Counted from the first letter of the stretch, positions 19,001 to 29,248 are shown. The stretch is 64,000 bases of DNA from Gammaproteobacteria bacterium (GCA_050247235.1 JBFWUN010000012.1:16514-80513), one strand, 5' to 3'. Notes: generated from the letters alone by a model not told the origin. Translations and numbers: made by a program.

Positions 19001-19455
19001 AGCAGTGCGCCCAGCGGGTTGCCGCCCCCGTCTTTCGCGCGGTCCCGTGGCTCCTGGCGCGCGAGATCGTCCCAGTTGGTGACCCCGTCCGCGTGACGCG
19101 CCAGCCGTACCGCGAGGCCAGTGGCCCGCACCGTCTCCATCTCGATGCGCCCGCGCAGCAGCGGCAGGGTGGCAATGGCGACCTCGAGTTCATCGAGCGC
19201 GACCATCGGGTCGGTGCCGAAGCCGGCTGCGTCCGCAAGCGCGAGACCGCGCACGTGCAGGCGCACTTTCGGCCACAGCGCGAGATCGATCGGCCCGCCG
19301 AGGACGAGGTCGCGCCCGGTCGCGGCCTTCACGCGCGCCGCGAGCGCGTCCTTGTGCGCGTTGGGATCGAACGTCGCGAGGAAGACGGCGGCGCCGCCGA
19401 TGACGAGCACCGCCAGGAGCAGCAGTGCCAGCAGGAGTCGAATGAACATCCGCAT
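16021..19455 (-). CDS. asmA: AsmA family protein, unusually long (about 1140 aa)
   Basis: N-terminal TM and FDPNAHK...ATGRDLVLGGPIDLALWP; AsmA C terminus GEVRGFD...FQSLTGS...GAIFNRDL; AAGGAGG RBS before ATG 19455; upstream of mutY. Confidence 0.88.
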   Translation of the reverse strand: MRMFIRLLLALLLLAVLVIGGAAVFLATFDPNAHKDALAARVKAATGRDLVLGGPIDLALWPKVRLHVRGLALADAAGFGTDPMVALDELEVAIATLPLLRGRIEMETVRATGLAVRLARHADGVTNWDDLARQEPRDRAKDGGGNPLGALLLGGVDIRGASLHWQDALTERDVRISELTATSGALAFDTPIALAVEAKVESARPALAGAVSLTSTTRYDDAAQRVIVDPMRLVTTLKGKTLPRGSAEIVSEGAVTADRAAGTVEIRNLSVTGLDHRVQGELLLDHVDTARPGARGQLALAGKDLATLFRAFDLPAVAQVTRLAERGVDFRTEFTLDADTGRLAVPVFTAKVLGATLDLQVDGERMNSDAPALAGRITAKGPDFPALLVVGTALTNPHNDGATSLAKALAPVKARAFSLDAELTADLGAGQFALPRLDASLLGNTLTGRLQSAGGDSGKPAVTGEVVASGPDLTTLALAVGALQGLDGDALAAINTVIGKRADRSFTFRTTVEADFEADRFALPAVTAALFGNELTGSFRALSATSKQPSLAGEIAAQGRDLPALLALIGGVQGADSALPELAHALANATDKSFTLGGKFELDARDGRLELPALGASAMGLTLDGTLIATAFNHPSGGRIDGRLALQGPDLAPLLTALGHAELARSLRSLKFEAGVKGNPETLTLSPFEATLAVAGPGGAAPVDVTLTVGRAEASLPKETLAVRELALKGLGLDARGEFDATQLKSNPTTSGRIRVPAFNLRAALAALNMPVEMADAAALTRVGLDARVLGSSAGYALQDLVLALDDSTWKGQVSAQGDPSVITVALDVDRLNADRYFAPAGETKARPVTPEAAAAGAAGLPMDTLRDLRVDGRLGIGKLQLSGMQIANVQLALKARGGLLALDPVTADLYGGRYTGVMTLDATGAVPRLGLNTTLAKVALEPLLADATGKRDLAGTLNFEAKLTAAGHDGTQFTRTLNGPASFSITAGEVRGFDVPAILRAAELILESKTLQPVPTGGVTQFQSLTGSLEITNGAIFNRDLLLDGLGFKVAGEGMLANLADHTIKYDARVIVDETSAEQGASQYNLGGYAIPIRCRGEIGGSSCLPDFGELAKNAAAKAVKDKLKEKLEDSGAGKALKKLLNF

Positions 19456-19474
19456 GCCGCCCTGGACCTCCTTC

Positions 19475-20935
19475 TCAGCCGGCGAGTCGTTGCCGGGCTC
19501 GTTGACATGCCGCGCGCACCTGGTGCGGCGCGGTTCCGCCGAAGTGGTCACGCGCCGCGACCACCCGTTCGATATCGAGGACCTGGTAGACCGATTCGTC
19601 GATCACCGGCGTGAGGGCCAGGAAATCGGCCAGGTCCAGTGCTTCGAGCCGGCAACCCCGCGCGATCGCCAGGCGCACCGCGGCGCCGACGATCGCATGC
19701 GCATCGCGGAACGGCACGCCCCGGCGCACCAGGTAATCGGCGAAGTCAGTGGCGTTGGTGAACCCGGCTTCCGCCGCCGCCCGCATGCGCTCGCGGTTCA
19801 CGCGCAACGCCGGCAGCAGGTCGCCGAATGCCCGCACACACGCCGACAGCGTGTCGACGGTGTCGAACAGCGGCTCCTTGTCCTCCTGGTTGTCCTTGTT
19901 GTACGCCAGCGGCTGGCTCTTCATCAGCGTCAGCAGCGCGACCAGGTGGCCGACCACCCGCCCGCTCTTGCCGCGCACGAGCTCGGGCACGTCCGGGTTC
20001 TTCTTCTGCGGCATCATGCTGGATCCCGTGCAGAACGCATCGTCGAGATCGACGAACCCGAACTGCTGCGAGTTCCACAGGATGAGCTCCTCGGCGATGC
20101 GCGAGAAATGCACCATCATCAGTGCGCCGGCCGCGCAGAACTCGATTGCGAAATCGCGATCAGAGACCGCGTCCAGCGAATTCTCCGCGACGGCGCGAAA
20201 GCCCAGCAGCTCGGCTGTCAGCTCACGCCGGATGGGGAAGCTCGTGCCTGCCAGCGCGCCGGCGCCGAGCGGCAGCACATCGACCCGGCCGCGCGCGTCC
20301 CGCAGCCGCGCGCGATCGCGCAGCAGCATTTCGAACCAGGCGAGCACGTGGTGCCCGAAGGTGATCGGTTGCGCGGCCTGCAGGTGCGTGAAACCCGGCA
20401 TCACGGTCGCCGCCTCGCGCTCCGCGAGTTCCACCAGGCCGGCCAGCAGCCGGTCGAGGCCGCCCACCAGCGCGTCGATCCGCCCCCGCAGGTACAAGCG
20501 GATGTCGGTGGCGACCTGGTCGTTGCGGGAGCGCGCGGTGTGCAGCTTCTTGCCCACGGCGCCGATGCGCTCGACGAGTGCGCTCTCCACGTTCATGTGC
20601 ACGTCCTCGAGCGCGACCGACCACGGGAAGCGCCCGGCCGCGCAGTCGGCCCGGATGGATTCCAGTCCGTCGACAATCAGGTCGCGTTCCTCTGCGGTGA
20701 GAATGCCGCAGGCCGCGAGCATCGTCGCGTGCGCGATGGACCCCGTGATGTCCTCCGCGCACAGGCGCTGGTCGAATCCGACCGACGCGGTGAACTCCGC
20801 GACGAAGGCATCGGTCGGGGCGTCGAAGCGGCCACCCCAGGACTGGTTGGTCGTCGCCGGCGCGGCCGTGCCCGCCGGCGTGGTCGAGGGCTGGGCAGCC
20901 ACGGGAATTTGTGCATCAATCGGGGGATGGGCCAC
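19475..20935 (-). CDS. argH: Argininosuccinate lyase
   Basis: [31 protein letters not shown], signature [20 protein letters not shown]. Start GTG 20935 is an estimate. Confidence 0.96.
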   Translation of the reverse strand: MAHPPIDAQIPVAAQPSTTPAGTAAPATTNQSWGGRFDAPTDAFVAEFTASVGFDQRLCAEDITGSIAHATMLAACGILTAEERDLIVDGLESIRADCAAGRFPWSVALEDVHMNVESALVERIGAVGKKLHTARSRNDQVATDIRLYLRGRIDALVGGLDRLLAGLVELAEREAATVMPGFTHLQAAQPITFGHHVLAWFEMLLRDRARLRDARGRVDVLPLGAGALAGTSFPIRRELTAELLGFRAVAENSLDAVSDRDFAIEFCAAGALMMVHFSRIAEELILWNSQQFGFVDLDDAFCTGSSMMPQKKNPDVPELVRGKSGRVVGHLVALLTLMKSQPLAYNKDNQEDKEPLFDTVDTLSACVRAFGDLLPALRVNRERMRAAAEAGFTNATDFADYLVRRGVPFRDAHAIVGAAVRLAIARGCRLEALDLADFLALTPVIDESVYQVLDIERVVAARDHFGGTAPHQVRAACQRARQRLAG

Positions 20936-21025
20936 GGCGGTCGTCAATCCGAAGAGTATGCGGCCAGTATATCCTAGTGGCCGCGGGGCCCCCGTGAACC
21001 CACGGCCTGAACTGGAGACCTCGGC

Positions 21026-22075
21026 ATGAAGGCGCGAACGGATTCGCCGGCCATGTTCCTGCCCGACCTGTGCGGCGTGCGTCCGCTGTTTGCGATCGTC
21101 ATGGTCGCCGAACTGCTCGCATTCGTGCTCGTGCTGACCAGGGTCGGGTTCGCGCCTGACGCGCTCCCGGAGCTCGCGCTGCTGTCGTTGTACGTGCAGC
21201 TCCTCGCGCTGTCGGCGGCCGCCGTGCTGTGCGCGGGACGCCGATGGCTGTCCGCGCTGCCCGAGGCGTGGGCCGTGGTGCTGAGCTACGGGCTGGTGCT
21301 GGTCGCGGTGGCGGCAGTCAGCGAGTTCGCGTGGCGCACGTTCGCGCCGCTGTTCGGCGCCGATACACCGACTCGCCTGTCCCACGTCGACTTCCTCGCG
21401 CGCACCCTGTGCATCAGCGCGATAGTGGCTGCGCTGATCCTGCGCTACTTCTACGTGCAGTTTCACTGGCGTGCGCAGATTGCCGCCGAGTCGCGCGCCC
21501 GCCTGCAGGCCCTGCAGGCGCGCATCCGCCCGCACTTCCTGTTCAACTGCATGAACACCATCGCGAGCCTCACCCGCAGCGATCCGCGTGCCGCCGAACA
21601 GGCAGTGGAAGATCTCGCCGACCTGTTCCGGGCCAGCCTCGGCGACTCACGGCAGCTCGTGACGGTCGCCGACGAGTTCGCGCTCGCGCGGCACTACCTC
21701 CGCATCGAAGCGCTGCGGCTCGGCGCGCGGCTGCAGGTGGACTGGGCAACGGACGACGTTCCGCCGGCGACGCCGATCCCGCCGCTGACCCTGCAGCCCC
21801 TGCTCGAGAACGCGATTTACCACGGGATCGAACCGCTGCCCGAAGGCGGCACCATCACGCTGCAGGGGCGTCGCGACGGCGCCGATATCGAGTTCGTGAT
21901 CCGCAACCCGCGCACGGTATCGTCGGCCCGCAGCGGCAACCGGGTCGCGCAGGAGAACGTGCGCCTGAGGCTGGAAGCGCACTTCGGCGCGCGCGGCACC
22001 TTGGTCACCGACGAGAGCGACCACGCCTACGCGGTCACCCTGCGGATCCCCCTGGACGAGGCAGGACTGTCATGA
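21026..22075 (+). CDS. algZ: LytS-type sensor histidine kinase AlgZ/FimS
   Basis: TM region, then [21 protein letters not shown] and [12 protein letters not shown]; divergent from argH and upstream of a LytTR regulator. Confidence 0.88.
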   Translation: MKARTDSPAMFLPDLCGVRPLFAIVMVAELLAFVLVLTRVGFAPDALPELALLSLYVQLLALSAAAVLCAGRRWLSALPEAWAVVLSYGLVLVAVAAVSEFAWRTFAPLFGADTPTRLSHVDFLARTLCISAIVAALILRYFYVQFHWRAQIAAESRARLQALQARIRPHFLFNCMNTIASLTRSDPRAAEQAVEDLADLFRASLGDSRQLVTVADEFALARHYLRIEALRLGARLQVDWATDDVPPATPIPPLTLQPLLENAIYHGIEPLPEGGTITLQGRRDGADIEFVIRNPRTVSSARSGNRVAQENVRLRLEAHFGARGTLVTDESDHAYAVTLRIPLDEAGLS

Positions 22076-22103
22076 ATGCAACCCGGGTCGGGCAGCGCCG
22101 GCC

Positions 22104-22856
22104 GTGAACGAGACGACCCGCGCAACCCTGCTGATCGCGGACGACGAGCCGCTCGCGCGGGCCCGCCTGCGTGCGCTGCTCGCGGAGATCGATGCCGGTG
22201 ACATCGTCGGCGAGGCCGCCACCGGACTCGAGGCGCTGCAGGGTGTCCTCGCGCTGCGCCCGGACGTGGTGCTGCTCGACGTCCGGATGCCGGGCATGGA
22301 CGGCATCGAGCTGGCGCAGCATCTCGCGCGACTGCCCAAGCCGCCAGCAATCGTGTTCACCACGGCCTACGGCGAACACGCGCTCGCTGCGTTCGAGGCG
22401 CACGCGATCGACTACCTGGTCAAGCCGGTGCGGAGCGAACGTCTCCAGGTCGCGCTGTCGCGCGCGCGGCTGCTGACCGCCGGTCAGCTCCGGGAATTCA
22501 CCCAGCATCGCGCAGAGGCACCCGCGCGGACCCACTTCAGCGCGCTGGCGAAGGGCGGCCTGCGGCTCGTCCCCGTCGCGGACGTGCGTTACCTGCAGGC
22601 AGACCAGGGTTACGTGACCGTGCGCCACGCACAGGGGGAACTCCTGGTCGAGGATTCGCTGCGCGCGCTCGAGGAGGAATTCGGCAACGCGTTCATGCGC
22701 GTCCACCGCAACACGCTGGTGGCGCGCGCGCACGTCACCGGGCTCGAGCGGGACGCGCTGGGCAACTCCGCGATCGTGCTGAGCGACATCGAGGAACGGT
22801 TGCCGGTGAGCCGCCGGCTCGTCGCCGAGGTGCGGCGACGTCTGCGCGGATCCTGA
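22104..22856 (+). CDS. algR: LytTR response regulator AlgR
   Basis: REC domain (IADDEPLAR, LLDVRMPG, DYLVKP) plus LytTR domain (FMRVHRNTLV, LPVSRR). Confidence 0.9.
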   Translation: MNETTRATLLIADDEPLARARLRALLAEIDAGDIVGEAATGLEALQGVLALRPDVVLLDVRMPGMDGIELAQHLARLPKPPAIVFTTAYGEHALAAFEAHAIDYLVKPVRSERLQVALSRARLLTAGQLREFTQHRAEAPARTHFSALAKGGLRLVPVADVRYLQADQGYVTVRHAQGELLVEDSLRALEEEFGNAFMRVHRNTLVARAHVTGLERDALGNSAIVLSDIEERLPVSRRLVAEVRRRLRGS

Positions 22857-22860
22857 GCGT

Positions 22861-23589
22861 TCAGCGGCCCAGGTCGCCGGCGATGATCTGCAATGCGGAC
22901 AGCGCCACCAGCGCTGCGGTCTCGGTCCGCAGCACGCGCGGGCCGAGCCGTACCGGCCGGTAACCATGGGTTTCCAGCCGCGCGATCTCGGCGGCATCGA
23001 GCCCGCCCTCCGGCCCGATCACGAGTGATACCGCGCGATGTCCGGCCACGCTGTCCACGAGCGCAACGGCGGCCCCCGGCGACAACGTGAGCTTCAGCGA
23101 CGCGCCATCCGTCGCGATGAAGTTTTCGAGCGTCGCAATGTCCGTGAGTTCGGGCAGCCGGTCGCGACCGGACTGTTCACAGGCATGCACGACGATCCCG
23201 CGCCAGTGTTCCAGGCGGCGGGCGGCGCGCGCCGGGTCGAGTTTCACCTGGCTGCGCGCGCTCGCGAGCGGGATGATGCGCGTGACCCCGAGTTCGACCG
23301 CCTTCTGCAGCGTGTAGTCCATGCGTTCTCCGCGCGAGATACCCTGGACGAGCGTGACCTCAAGTGGTGATTCGCACGAGATGGCGCGGTGCGCGCCGGT
23401 GTGGACGGTGACGCCGTCGCGCGCCATGCGGCGGATAACGGCGGAATACTCACCGCCGCGACCGTCGAACAGCACGAGCGAATCGTTCACGCGCGCGCGC
23501 AGCACCTCGCGCATGCGGTGCGCAGTCGCCGGCGGCAGCTCGAGTTCACGGTCCGGCCCGAGTGCGGCTGGCACGTACAGGCGGGTCAT
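22861..23589 (-). CDS. rsmE: 16S rRNA m3U1498 methyltransferase RsmE
   Basis: LQKAVELGV, ACEQSGR, VIGPEGGL, LGPRVLRTETA SPOUT motifs. Confidence 0.95.
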   Translation of the reverse strand: MTRLYVPAALGPDRELELPPATAHRMREVLRARVNDSLVLFDGRGGEYSAVIRRMARDGVTVHTGAHRAISCESPLEVTLVQGISRGERMDYTLQKAVELGVTRIIPLASARSQVKLDPARAARRLEHWRGIVVHACEQSGRDRLPELTDIATLENFIATDGASLKLTLSPGAAVALVDSVAGHRAVSLVIGPEGGLDAAEIARLETHGYRPVRLGPRVLRTETAALVALSALQIIAGDLGR

Positions 23590-23627
23590 GGCATGGTGTT
23601 CCGGTCACGACTCCGGGAATAACTGCA

Positions 23628-24068
23628 ATGTGGAAGACGCTGCGTGCGCTGCTCGGTGACCTGCGCCAGGCGCCGATCACGGACCTCGGGCTCGAGGTCG
23701 CCGGGCTCGCCCTGCTGCTGGAAATCGCGCGGGCGGATCATAACAGCACGTCCGACGAGCGGAAGGCGATCGCCCGCGCCGCGACACAGGTGTTTGGCGT
23801 GGAAGGCGCGACGGCGGACGCGCTGATCGCGGAAGCGGAAATCGCGGTGGACGAAGCCGTGTCGCTGTTCGATTTCACACGCCTGCTGAACGATCGGCTC
23901 GATCGGACCATGAAGCTTCGCCTGCTCGAGCACCTGTGGCGCGTCGCCTACGTAGACGGCCACCTGGATCACTTCGAAGAGTATTTCCTGCGCAAGATCT
24001 GCGATCTGCTGCATCTCTCCCACCGCGATCTGATTCGCGCGAAGCTCGCGGTGGTGGCGGACGGCTGA
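23628..24068 (+). CDS. TerB-like (tellurite resistance fold) protein
   Basis: ALLLEIARAD...ERKAI...SLFDFTRLLN...LWRVAYVDGHLDHFEEYFLRKICDLL. Confidence 0.85.
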   Translation: MWKTLRALLGDLRQAPITDLGLEVAGLALLLEIARADHNSTSDERKAIARAATQVFGVEGATADALIAEAEIAVDEAVSLFDFTRLLNDRLDRTMKLRLLEHLWRVAYVDGHLDHFEEYFLRKICDLLHLSHRDLIRAKLAVVADG

Positions 24069-24144
24069 GGGGCCGCACGGCATGCGTCCGGAGCGGCGCC
24101 CCGGCAACCGCGGCACTGCAAGCGCCGGTGCCGCGGGACGCGCG

Positions 24145-24690
24145 TCAGTGCGGGGCGCGGGCGGCCGGCGCGTTCGGGCCGTCACTCCCGAGCATTGCGT
24201 CGATCAGCTGATCTTCGAGCTCGATGCGGGTCGTGATGTGCTCGGCGAGCTGTGACAGGTCCTGCGCGAGGTGCGTGTTCAGCGCCTGCGTTTCAGCTTT
24301 CTCGAAACGCTCGCTGAAATTCACGGCCGACTCGGTGGTGGCCGCGATCCTGCCGTAGACTTCCCGGGCGGTCTCGACCACGCGGCCGCGACGTTCGCTG
24401 CCTTCGGTGATGCGCTGGTAGAGTCCGAAATGCCCCGCCGCGATGTAATCGACGAGGACTGACAGGAATTCGTCGATCATGTCCTTCGTCGTGTCGTCCA
24501 CCCGGCTCAGGTCGAGCTTGGTCAGTTCCCACAGCAGCACGAGCATCTGCTGGCGCTGACGGAGCATGTCGTCGATCAGCTTGCGCGTGGTTGACCGTGC
24601 GTCGTGGGCAGACTTGGCGCTCTTGTTCATGCAAAGGATTCCGGGGCGCCGGCTCACGTGGGGGCGGCGCTGGGCAGTTACGCTGGGCAT
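24145..24690 (-). CDS. rsd: Regulator of sigma D (Rsd/AlgQ family)
   Basis: RQQMLV...FLSVLVDYIAAGHFGLYQRI...LSQLAEHITTRIELEDQLI; AGGAGG RBS before ATG 24690. Confidence 0.88.
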   Translation of the reverse strand: MPSVTAQRRPHVSRRPGILCMNKSAKSAHDARSTTRKLIDDMLRQRQQMLVLLWELTKLDLSRVDDTTKDMIDEFLSVLVDYIAAGHFGLYQRITEGSERRGRVVETAREVYGRIAATTESAVNFSERFEKAETQALNTHLAQDLSQLAEHITTRIELEDQLIDAMLGSDGPNAPAARAPH

Positions 24691-24837
24691 TGCGAGTTCC
24701 CTCCTAATTTATCGAAGTCGCCCGGTCTGCGCACGCCCGTGGGCGGCGCGCCGGTCCATTCTGTCCGTGCGGCGGGTACGCGCACGCCGGTCCTGTGCGC
24801 CGGCGGGCGCCGCATGCGCGTCGCTATAATGACCCGC

Positions 24838-26253
24838 ATGGAAATCGCCGGTTACACCATCCAGCAGTGCATCGCCCAGGGCGGCATGGCGTCGGCGTTT
24901 CTCGCCGAGCAGACCTCGCTGGGCCGCACGGTAGTCCTCAAGGTGCTCGACACCAGCGTCAACGAGTCGCGGGTGGCATTCCGTCGCTTCATGAACGAAG
25001 GACGTCTGCTCGCCGCGTTGCGTCACCCGAATGTGATCACCATCTACGATATCGGCACGGCGGGCCATTTCGTTTACATCTCGATGGAGTACGTGGCCGG
25101 CGGAGATCTGCGGCAGCGGCTCGCCGACGGACCGCTCGAACCTGCGCAGGCGCTTGATATCCTGGAACAAGTCGCGCGCGGCCTCGGCGCGGCGCACGCG
25201 GAGGGCATCATCCATCGCGACGTCAAGCCCGGTAACATTTTGTTTCGGCCCGACGGCACCCCGGTGCTCAGCGACTTCGGTATCGCGAAATCGCTGGTGC
25301 GCGACGCCGATCTGACGGCGACGGGGGTGTTTCTCGGCAGCCCGAACTACATGGCTCCCGAACAGGCGGAATCAGGCGAAGTGGATTTGCGCGTCGACCT
25401 CTACGCGCTCGGCGTCATCTTTTTCGAGATGCTGACCGGCCGCAAACCATACCAGTCCGAGTCGGTGATCGAAGTCATCCACATGCACCGGCACGCGCCG
25501 ATCCCGCGGCTCGATGGTTCCCTGGCGCCGCTGCAGGGTCTGCTCGACCTGATGCTTGCCAAGGAGCGGAGCGAGCGCTTCCGCGACGTGCCGGCACTGC
25601 TGCATGCATTGCACGAGGTACGCACCCGTTGGCATGCCGCGACCCAGGCGACGGCGACGCCTGGGGAATCAGCGCCACCGGCGCCGCCCACGCGCGTCGC
25701 CTGGGGGCATGGCGGTCGCTCGCGCGTGCGCACCGGGCTGGTCACCCTGCTCGGGCTCGCCGCCGCCGGTTACGCCGCGCTCTACGTGATCGAGGCAGAG
25801 CTTGACGCCCCGGCGGCCGCCGAGGATCCGGGCGATCCCGCCCAGGTCAGCGCGGCGCAGAAGGCGCTGACCGCCGTGGCATCGCCCACCGAGGGCACCG
25901 TCGACACCGCAACCGCGACCGCCGCGCTGCTGTGGCTCGGGCAGCACTGCCTGAACGGCGAGCGCCTGACCTTGCCGCCCAACGACAACGCCTACTACTA
26001 CTTCTCGCGCGTGCTGCAGGTAGACCCGGTAAACGAGGCCGCCCGGCGCGGACTCGCGGAAGTGGCGAAGCGCTACGCGCTGCTCGCCGATGGCGCCATC
26101 GCACGCGGCGATCCCGCGCGCGCGCAGGCCTACCTTGCGATTGGACGACAGATCGATCCGCACAACGAAGCGCTGCAGGTGATCGCGCAGCTGGCGGCGC
26201 CGCCGCCCGGACTCTGGCAGACGTTACTTCGATGGTGGCGCGGCAGCGGTTGA
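24838..26253 (+). CDS. Membrane-anchored Hanks-type Ser/Thr protein kinase with TPR-like C terminus
   Basis: GGMASAF, VVLK, HRDVKPGNIL, DFGIAK, GSPNYMAPE; TM helix; NAYYYFSRVLQVDPVNEAARRGL repeat-like segment. Confidence 0.92.
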   Translation: MEIAGYTIQQCIAQGGMASAFLAEQTSLGRTVVLKVLDTSVNESRVAFRRFMNEGRLLAALRHPNVITIYDIGTAGHFVYISMEYVAGGDLRQRLADGPLEPAQALDILEQVARGLGAAHAEGIIHRDVKPGNILFRPDGTPVLSDFGIAKSLVRDADLTATGVFLGSPNYMAPEQAESGEVDLRVDLYALGVIFFEMLTGRKPYQSESVIEVIHMHRHAPIPRLDGSLAPLQGLLDLMLAKERSERFRDVPALLHALHEVRTRWHAATQATATPGESAPPAPPTRVAWGHGGRSRVRTGLVTLLGLAAAGYAALYVIEAELDAPAAAEDPGDPAQVSAAQKALTAVASPTEGTVDTATATAALLWLGQHCLNGERLTLPPNDNAYYYFSRVLQVDPVNEAARRGLAEVAKRYALLADGAIARGDPARAQAYLAIGRQIDPHNEALQVIAQLAAPPPGLWQTLLRWWRGSG

Positions 26254-26646
26254 CGGGGCCGCGGAGCGCGCGGCCTGTTCACGGTCCCAGGCGTCCAGCA
26301 AGGCCCTGAATTCCGCGTGCAGCGAGTCGCTGTCCGGCACCCCGGCCTCCGCGGTCGCGGTCGCGGTCGCGGTCGGCGCGGCGGGCAGCGGCGGGGCCGG
26401 CAACGGGGTGGGCGGTGCGTAGGCCGTGTCGTCAATGACGCGCCCGTGCTCGATCACGCGCACGCGCGGGCCGGTGAGCGCCGTGCGGTACCACGGCGGC
26501 GGATGTCCGGCGAGCTGCACGGTGCCGGTGTCCGGATCGACCCATTCGTACATGCGCGCGGCCGCTGCGGGCATGGCAACGACCAGTGCCGCACCCAGCA
26601 GGGCACACTGGTTCCGGACGCGGCAGGGAACTCTCTCGATGGGCAC
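26224..26646 (-). CDS. Hypothetical exported protein (DUF4124-like N terminus, Pro/Ala-rich linker)
   Basis: GAGGAGG RBS before GTG 26646; signal peptide followed by MYEWVDPDTGTVQLAGHPP. Confidence 0.6.
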   Translation of the reverse strand: MPIERVPCRVRNQCALLGAALVVAMPAAAARMYEWVDPDTGTVQLAGHPPPWYRTALTGPRVRVIEHGRVIDDTAYAPPTPLPAPPLPAAPTATATATAEAGVPDSDSLHAEFRALLDAWDREQAARSAAPSTAAAPPSK

Positions 26647-26701
26647 GGGCGTCCTCCTCGGCTGCTTCAGCGCGGCGGTCCACTTGCCTACCATACGCTG
26701 A

Positions 26702-29248
26702 ATGACCGCCGACGCCATCTCTGCTCCCTGGTGTCGCGTCCTCGCGGACGGACACACGCTCGTCGTGCCGACGGGCCGGCTGGGCGCGGTGCTGCGCGCG
26801 GCCTGGGATCGCGCGCAGGCCGATACCGGGGCCACGGCGTGGGCCGCGCCGCGCCTGCAGTCGTGGCAGGAATGGCTCGCGGACGCCGCCGCGCGACACC
26901 CCGCCGCGCTCGGTCACGCCGACGTGCTGCTCAGCCCCGCGCAGGAACTCGCGCTGTGGACGCGCGTCGTGGCGGACGACGCGATGCCATCGTTCACGCC
27001 ACGCGCGACGGGCGCGCTGGCCCGCCTTGCGCAGCAGGCGTGGGCGGTGCGTCACGGGTACGACGTCGACACGGCAGGTGCGGGCGCGACACTCGAACAG
27101 CGCGCGTTCGCCGCGTGGAGCGCGCGTTTCGCCGAGGCCTGCACCGCGCTTCGCGTGATCGACGCGCCGCGCGTGCTCGATCGTCTGCCGCCGGGCGCGC
27201 GCGACGCCGCGGCGGCGAGCGCGGGCTTTTTCACGGCGAGCCCGGCGGTCCGTCGGCTGCTGCCCCCGGATATCACACCCGGGGCCGGAAGCCCGGTGCA
27301 GCCGCTTGCCTGCCTGCGTTACCCCGATCCGGAGGACGAGATCGCAGCCGCGCTCGCATGGGTCGCCGAATCGCGCACATCAGGCGTGCGCGCACCGGTG
27401 CTGGCCTGCGCGGATCCGGTACTCGCAGAGGCGCTGGAACGCGCGCTTCTGCGTGGGCTGCGGCCGGCCGCCGCACCACCGGACGAGCCGCGCCCGTTCC
27501 GCGCGATCGCGGGCGATGAGCCGCCCCCGCTGGTGACACTCGCACTCGAATTTCTCGACCCGCAGGGCGAACCGACCCGCGCGCGCGCCGCCGCGCTGGT
27601 CACGAGCCCGTACTTCGGCGCCGGGATGCACAGCGCGGGGGACGCATTCCCGGCGCGCGTGCGGGCGGCGCACGTGCTGCTGACGGGAGGGGTCGACCCC
27701 GTCGCGTGGCCCCGTGTGCAGGCGGCCTGCCGCGAAGCCGGCTGTCACGATCTCGAACCGCTGTGGGATGCGCAACGCACGCTCGCGGGGGATGCAAGGC
27801 GGCGCCTGTCCATTCGTCTGCGGCTCGCGCGGATCGAACAGGCGCTGGCGGGTGCAGGCTGGCCGGGGCACAGCGCCCTCGACACCGCCGAGGACGAGGA
27901 CTACCGACGCTGGCGGCGGGTGCTCGACGAAGTCGCCACGCTCGATCTCGTGCTGGCACCGCAGACGCACGGCGACGTGTTGCAGGCCGTGCGCCGGGCC
28001 GTGCAGCGCGGCGCGTGGGGGCCGTCTCCCGCGCTCGACGCGGTGGAGATCCTGTCGCTGGAAGAGCTCGCGGTGCTGGCGCCCGCGCGCGCGCGCATCG
28101 TCGGTCTGCACGCCGGCGCCTGGCCGCCGGTGGCGGACGTTACGCCGTTCCTGCCAGTGCTCGCGCAACGCCGCGCCGGGGTGCCCGCCGCATGCCGCGA
28201 TCAGGCCTTCGAGCGTGCGCGCGCACTGCTCGGGGCGCTTGGCACCTGTGCCCTGACGGCGAGTTTCGCCGCGCACGCGGATGACGCGGAACAGCTGCCG
28301 GTGCAGGGCCTCGCGCTTGCGCTCGCAGACGGCGCGCCGGGTCCGGCGACGCCAGGCCCGACGACAGCCTTCGAGCCGATCCCGGACGTGCCCGTTCCGC
28401 TGACGACGGCGGAGCGCGTACGCGGCGGCTCGGCGGTGCTGACCGACCAGTCGGCGTGCCCGTTCCGGGCATTCGCGCGGCATCGCCTGCACGCCGGGTC
28501 GCTCGACGACCCTCAACTCGGTCCGGACGCACGCCTGCGCGGAGAACTGGTCCATCGTGTGCTCGCCCGGTTCTGGTCGCAATGGCGGTCGCAGGCGGCG
28601 GTGCACGCGCTGTCCACTGCCGAGCGCGCCGCGGCCATCGCGGACGCGGTGGACGACACGTTCGCGACGCTCGGGGCGACACCGCCCGGCACTGGCCTCG
28701 AGCGCGACCGTGTCGCGCGGATTGCCGCCGAATGGCTCGCGGTGGATCTCGCGCGCCCGCCGTTCGCGGTGGTCGCGTGCGAGGCCGCGCGGCGACTCAC
28801 CCTCGAGGCGCTCACGCTCGAACTGCGCATCGATCGCATCGATCGGCTCGCACACGGCGGCACGCTGCTCATCGACTACAAGACCGGGCGTGACGTCTCG
28901 CCGCGCCACTGGCAGCCGCCACGCCCGGAGCAGCCGCAGCTGCTGTCCTACGCGCTGGCCGAACCGGACGCGCAGGGCATCGCGTTCGGCTGCGTCCGCA
29001 CGGGGGACTGCCGTCTCCTCACGTCCCCGTCGAAAGTCACGACCGAAGCCCCGGACCCGGCCGCGTGGGCCGCCATGCGTGCCGACTGGCAGTCCGCGCT
29101 CGGCGCGCTTGCGCGGGAGTTCGTGACGGGTGCCGCCGAAGTCGCCCCGAGGGACGCGCAGAAAACCTGCCGGCAATGCGATCTGCACGTGCTGTGCCGT
29201 GTGCACGAAGTCGGCGCACTCGCCGCGGACGCCGCCGATGACGCCTGA
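26702..29248 (+). CDS. AddB/RexB-like PD-(D/E)XK nuclease subunit with Fe-S staple
   Basis: Degenerate helicase-like N terminus; SACPFRAF, RIDRIDRL...LIDYKTG, and C-terminal CRQCDLHVLC (1+3 Cys pattern). Confidence 0.85.
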   Translation: MTADAISAPWCRVLADGHTLVVPTGRLGAVLRAAWDRAQADTGATAWAAPRLQSWQEWLADAAARHPAALGHADVLLSPAQELALWTRVVADDAMPSFTPRATGALARLAQQAWAVRHGYDVDTAGAGATLEQRAFAAWSARFAEACTALRVIDAPRVLDRLPPGARDAAAASAGFFTASPAVRRLLPPDITPGAGSPVQPLACLRYPDPEDEIAAALAWVAESRTSGVRAPVLACADPVLAEALERALLRGLRPAAAPPDEPRPFRAIAGDEPPPLVTLALEFLDPQGEPTRARAAALVTSPYFGAGMHSAGDAFPARVRAAHVLLTGGVDPVAWPRVQAACREAGCHDLEPLWDAQRTLAGDARRRLSIRLRLARIEQALAGAGWPGHSALDTAEDEDYRRWRRVLDEVATLDLVLAPQTHGDVLQAVRRAVQRGAWGPSPALDAVEILSLEELAVLAPARARIVGLHAGAWPPVADVTPFLPVLAQRRAGVPAACRDQAFERARALLGALGTCALTASFAAHADDAEQLPVQGLALALADGAPGPATPGPTTAFEPIPDVPVPLTTAERVRGGSAVLTDQSACPFRAFARHRLHAGSLDDPQLGPDARLRGELVHRVLARFWSQWRSQAAVHALSTAERAAAIADAVDDTFATLGATPPGTGLERDRVARIAAEWLAVDLARPPFAVVACEAARRLTLEALTLELRIDRIDRLAHGGTLLIDYKTGRDVSPRHWQPPRPEQPQLLSYALAEPDAQGIAFGCVRTGDCRLLTSPSKVTTEAPDPAAWAAMRADWQSALGALAREFVTGAAEVAPRDAQKTCRQCDLHVLCRVHEVGALAADAADDA

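Noticed and set aside
26351-26374. (GCGGTC)x4 microrepeat, and (GAGGAC)x3 near 29724
   Set aside because: In-frame hexamers encoding low-complexity TA and ED linkers; too short to suggest phase variation.
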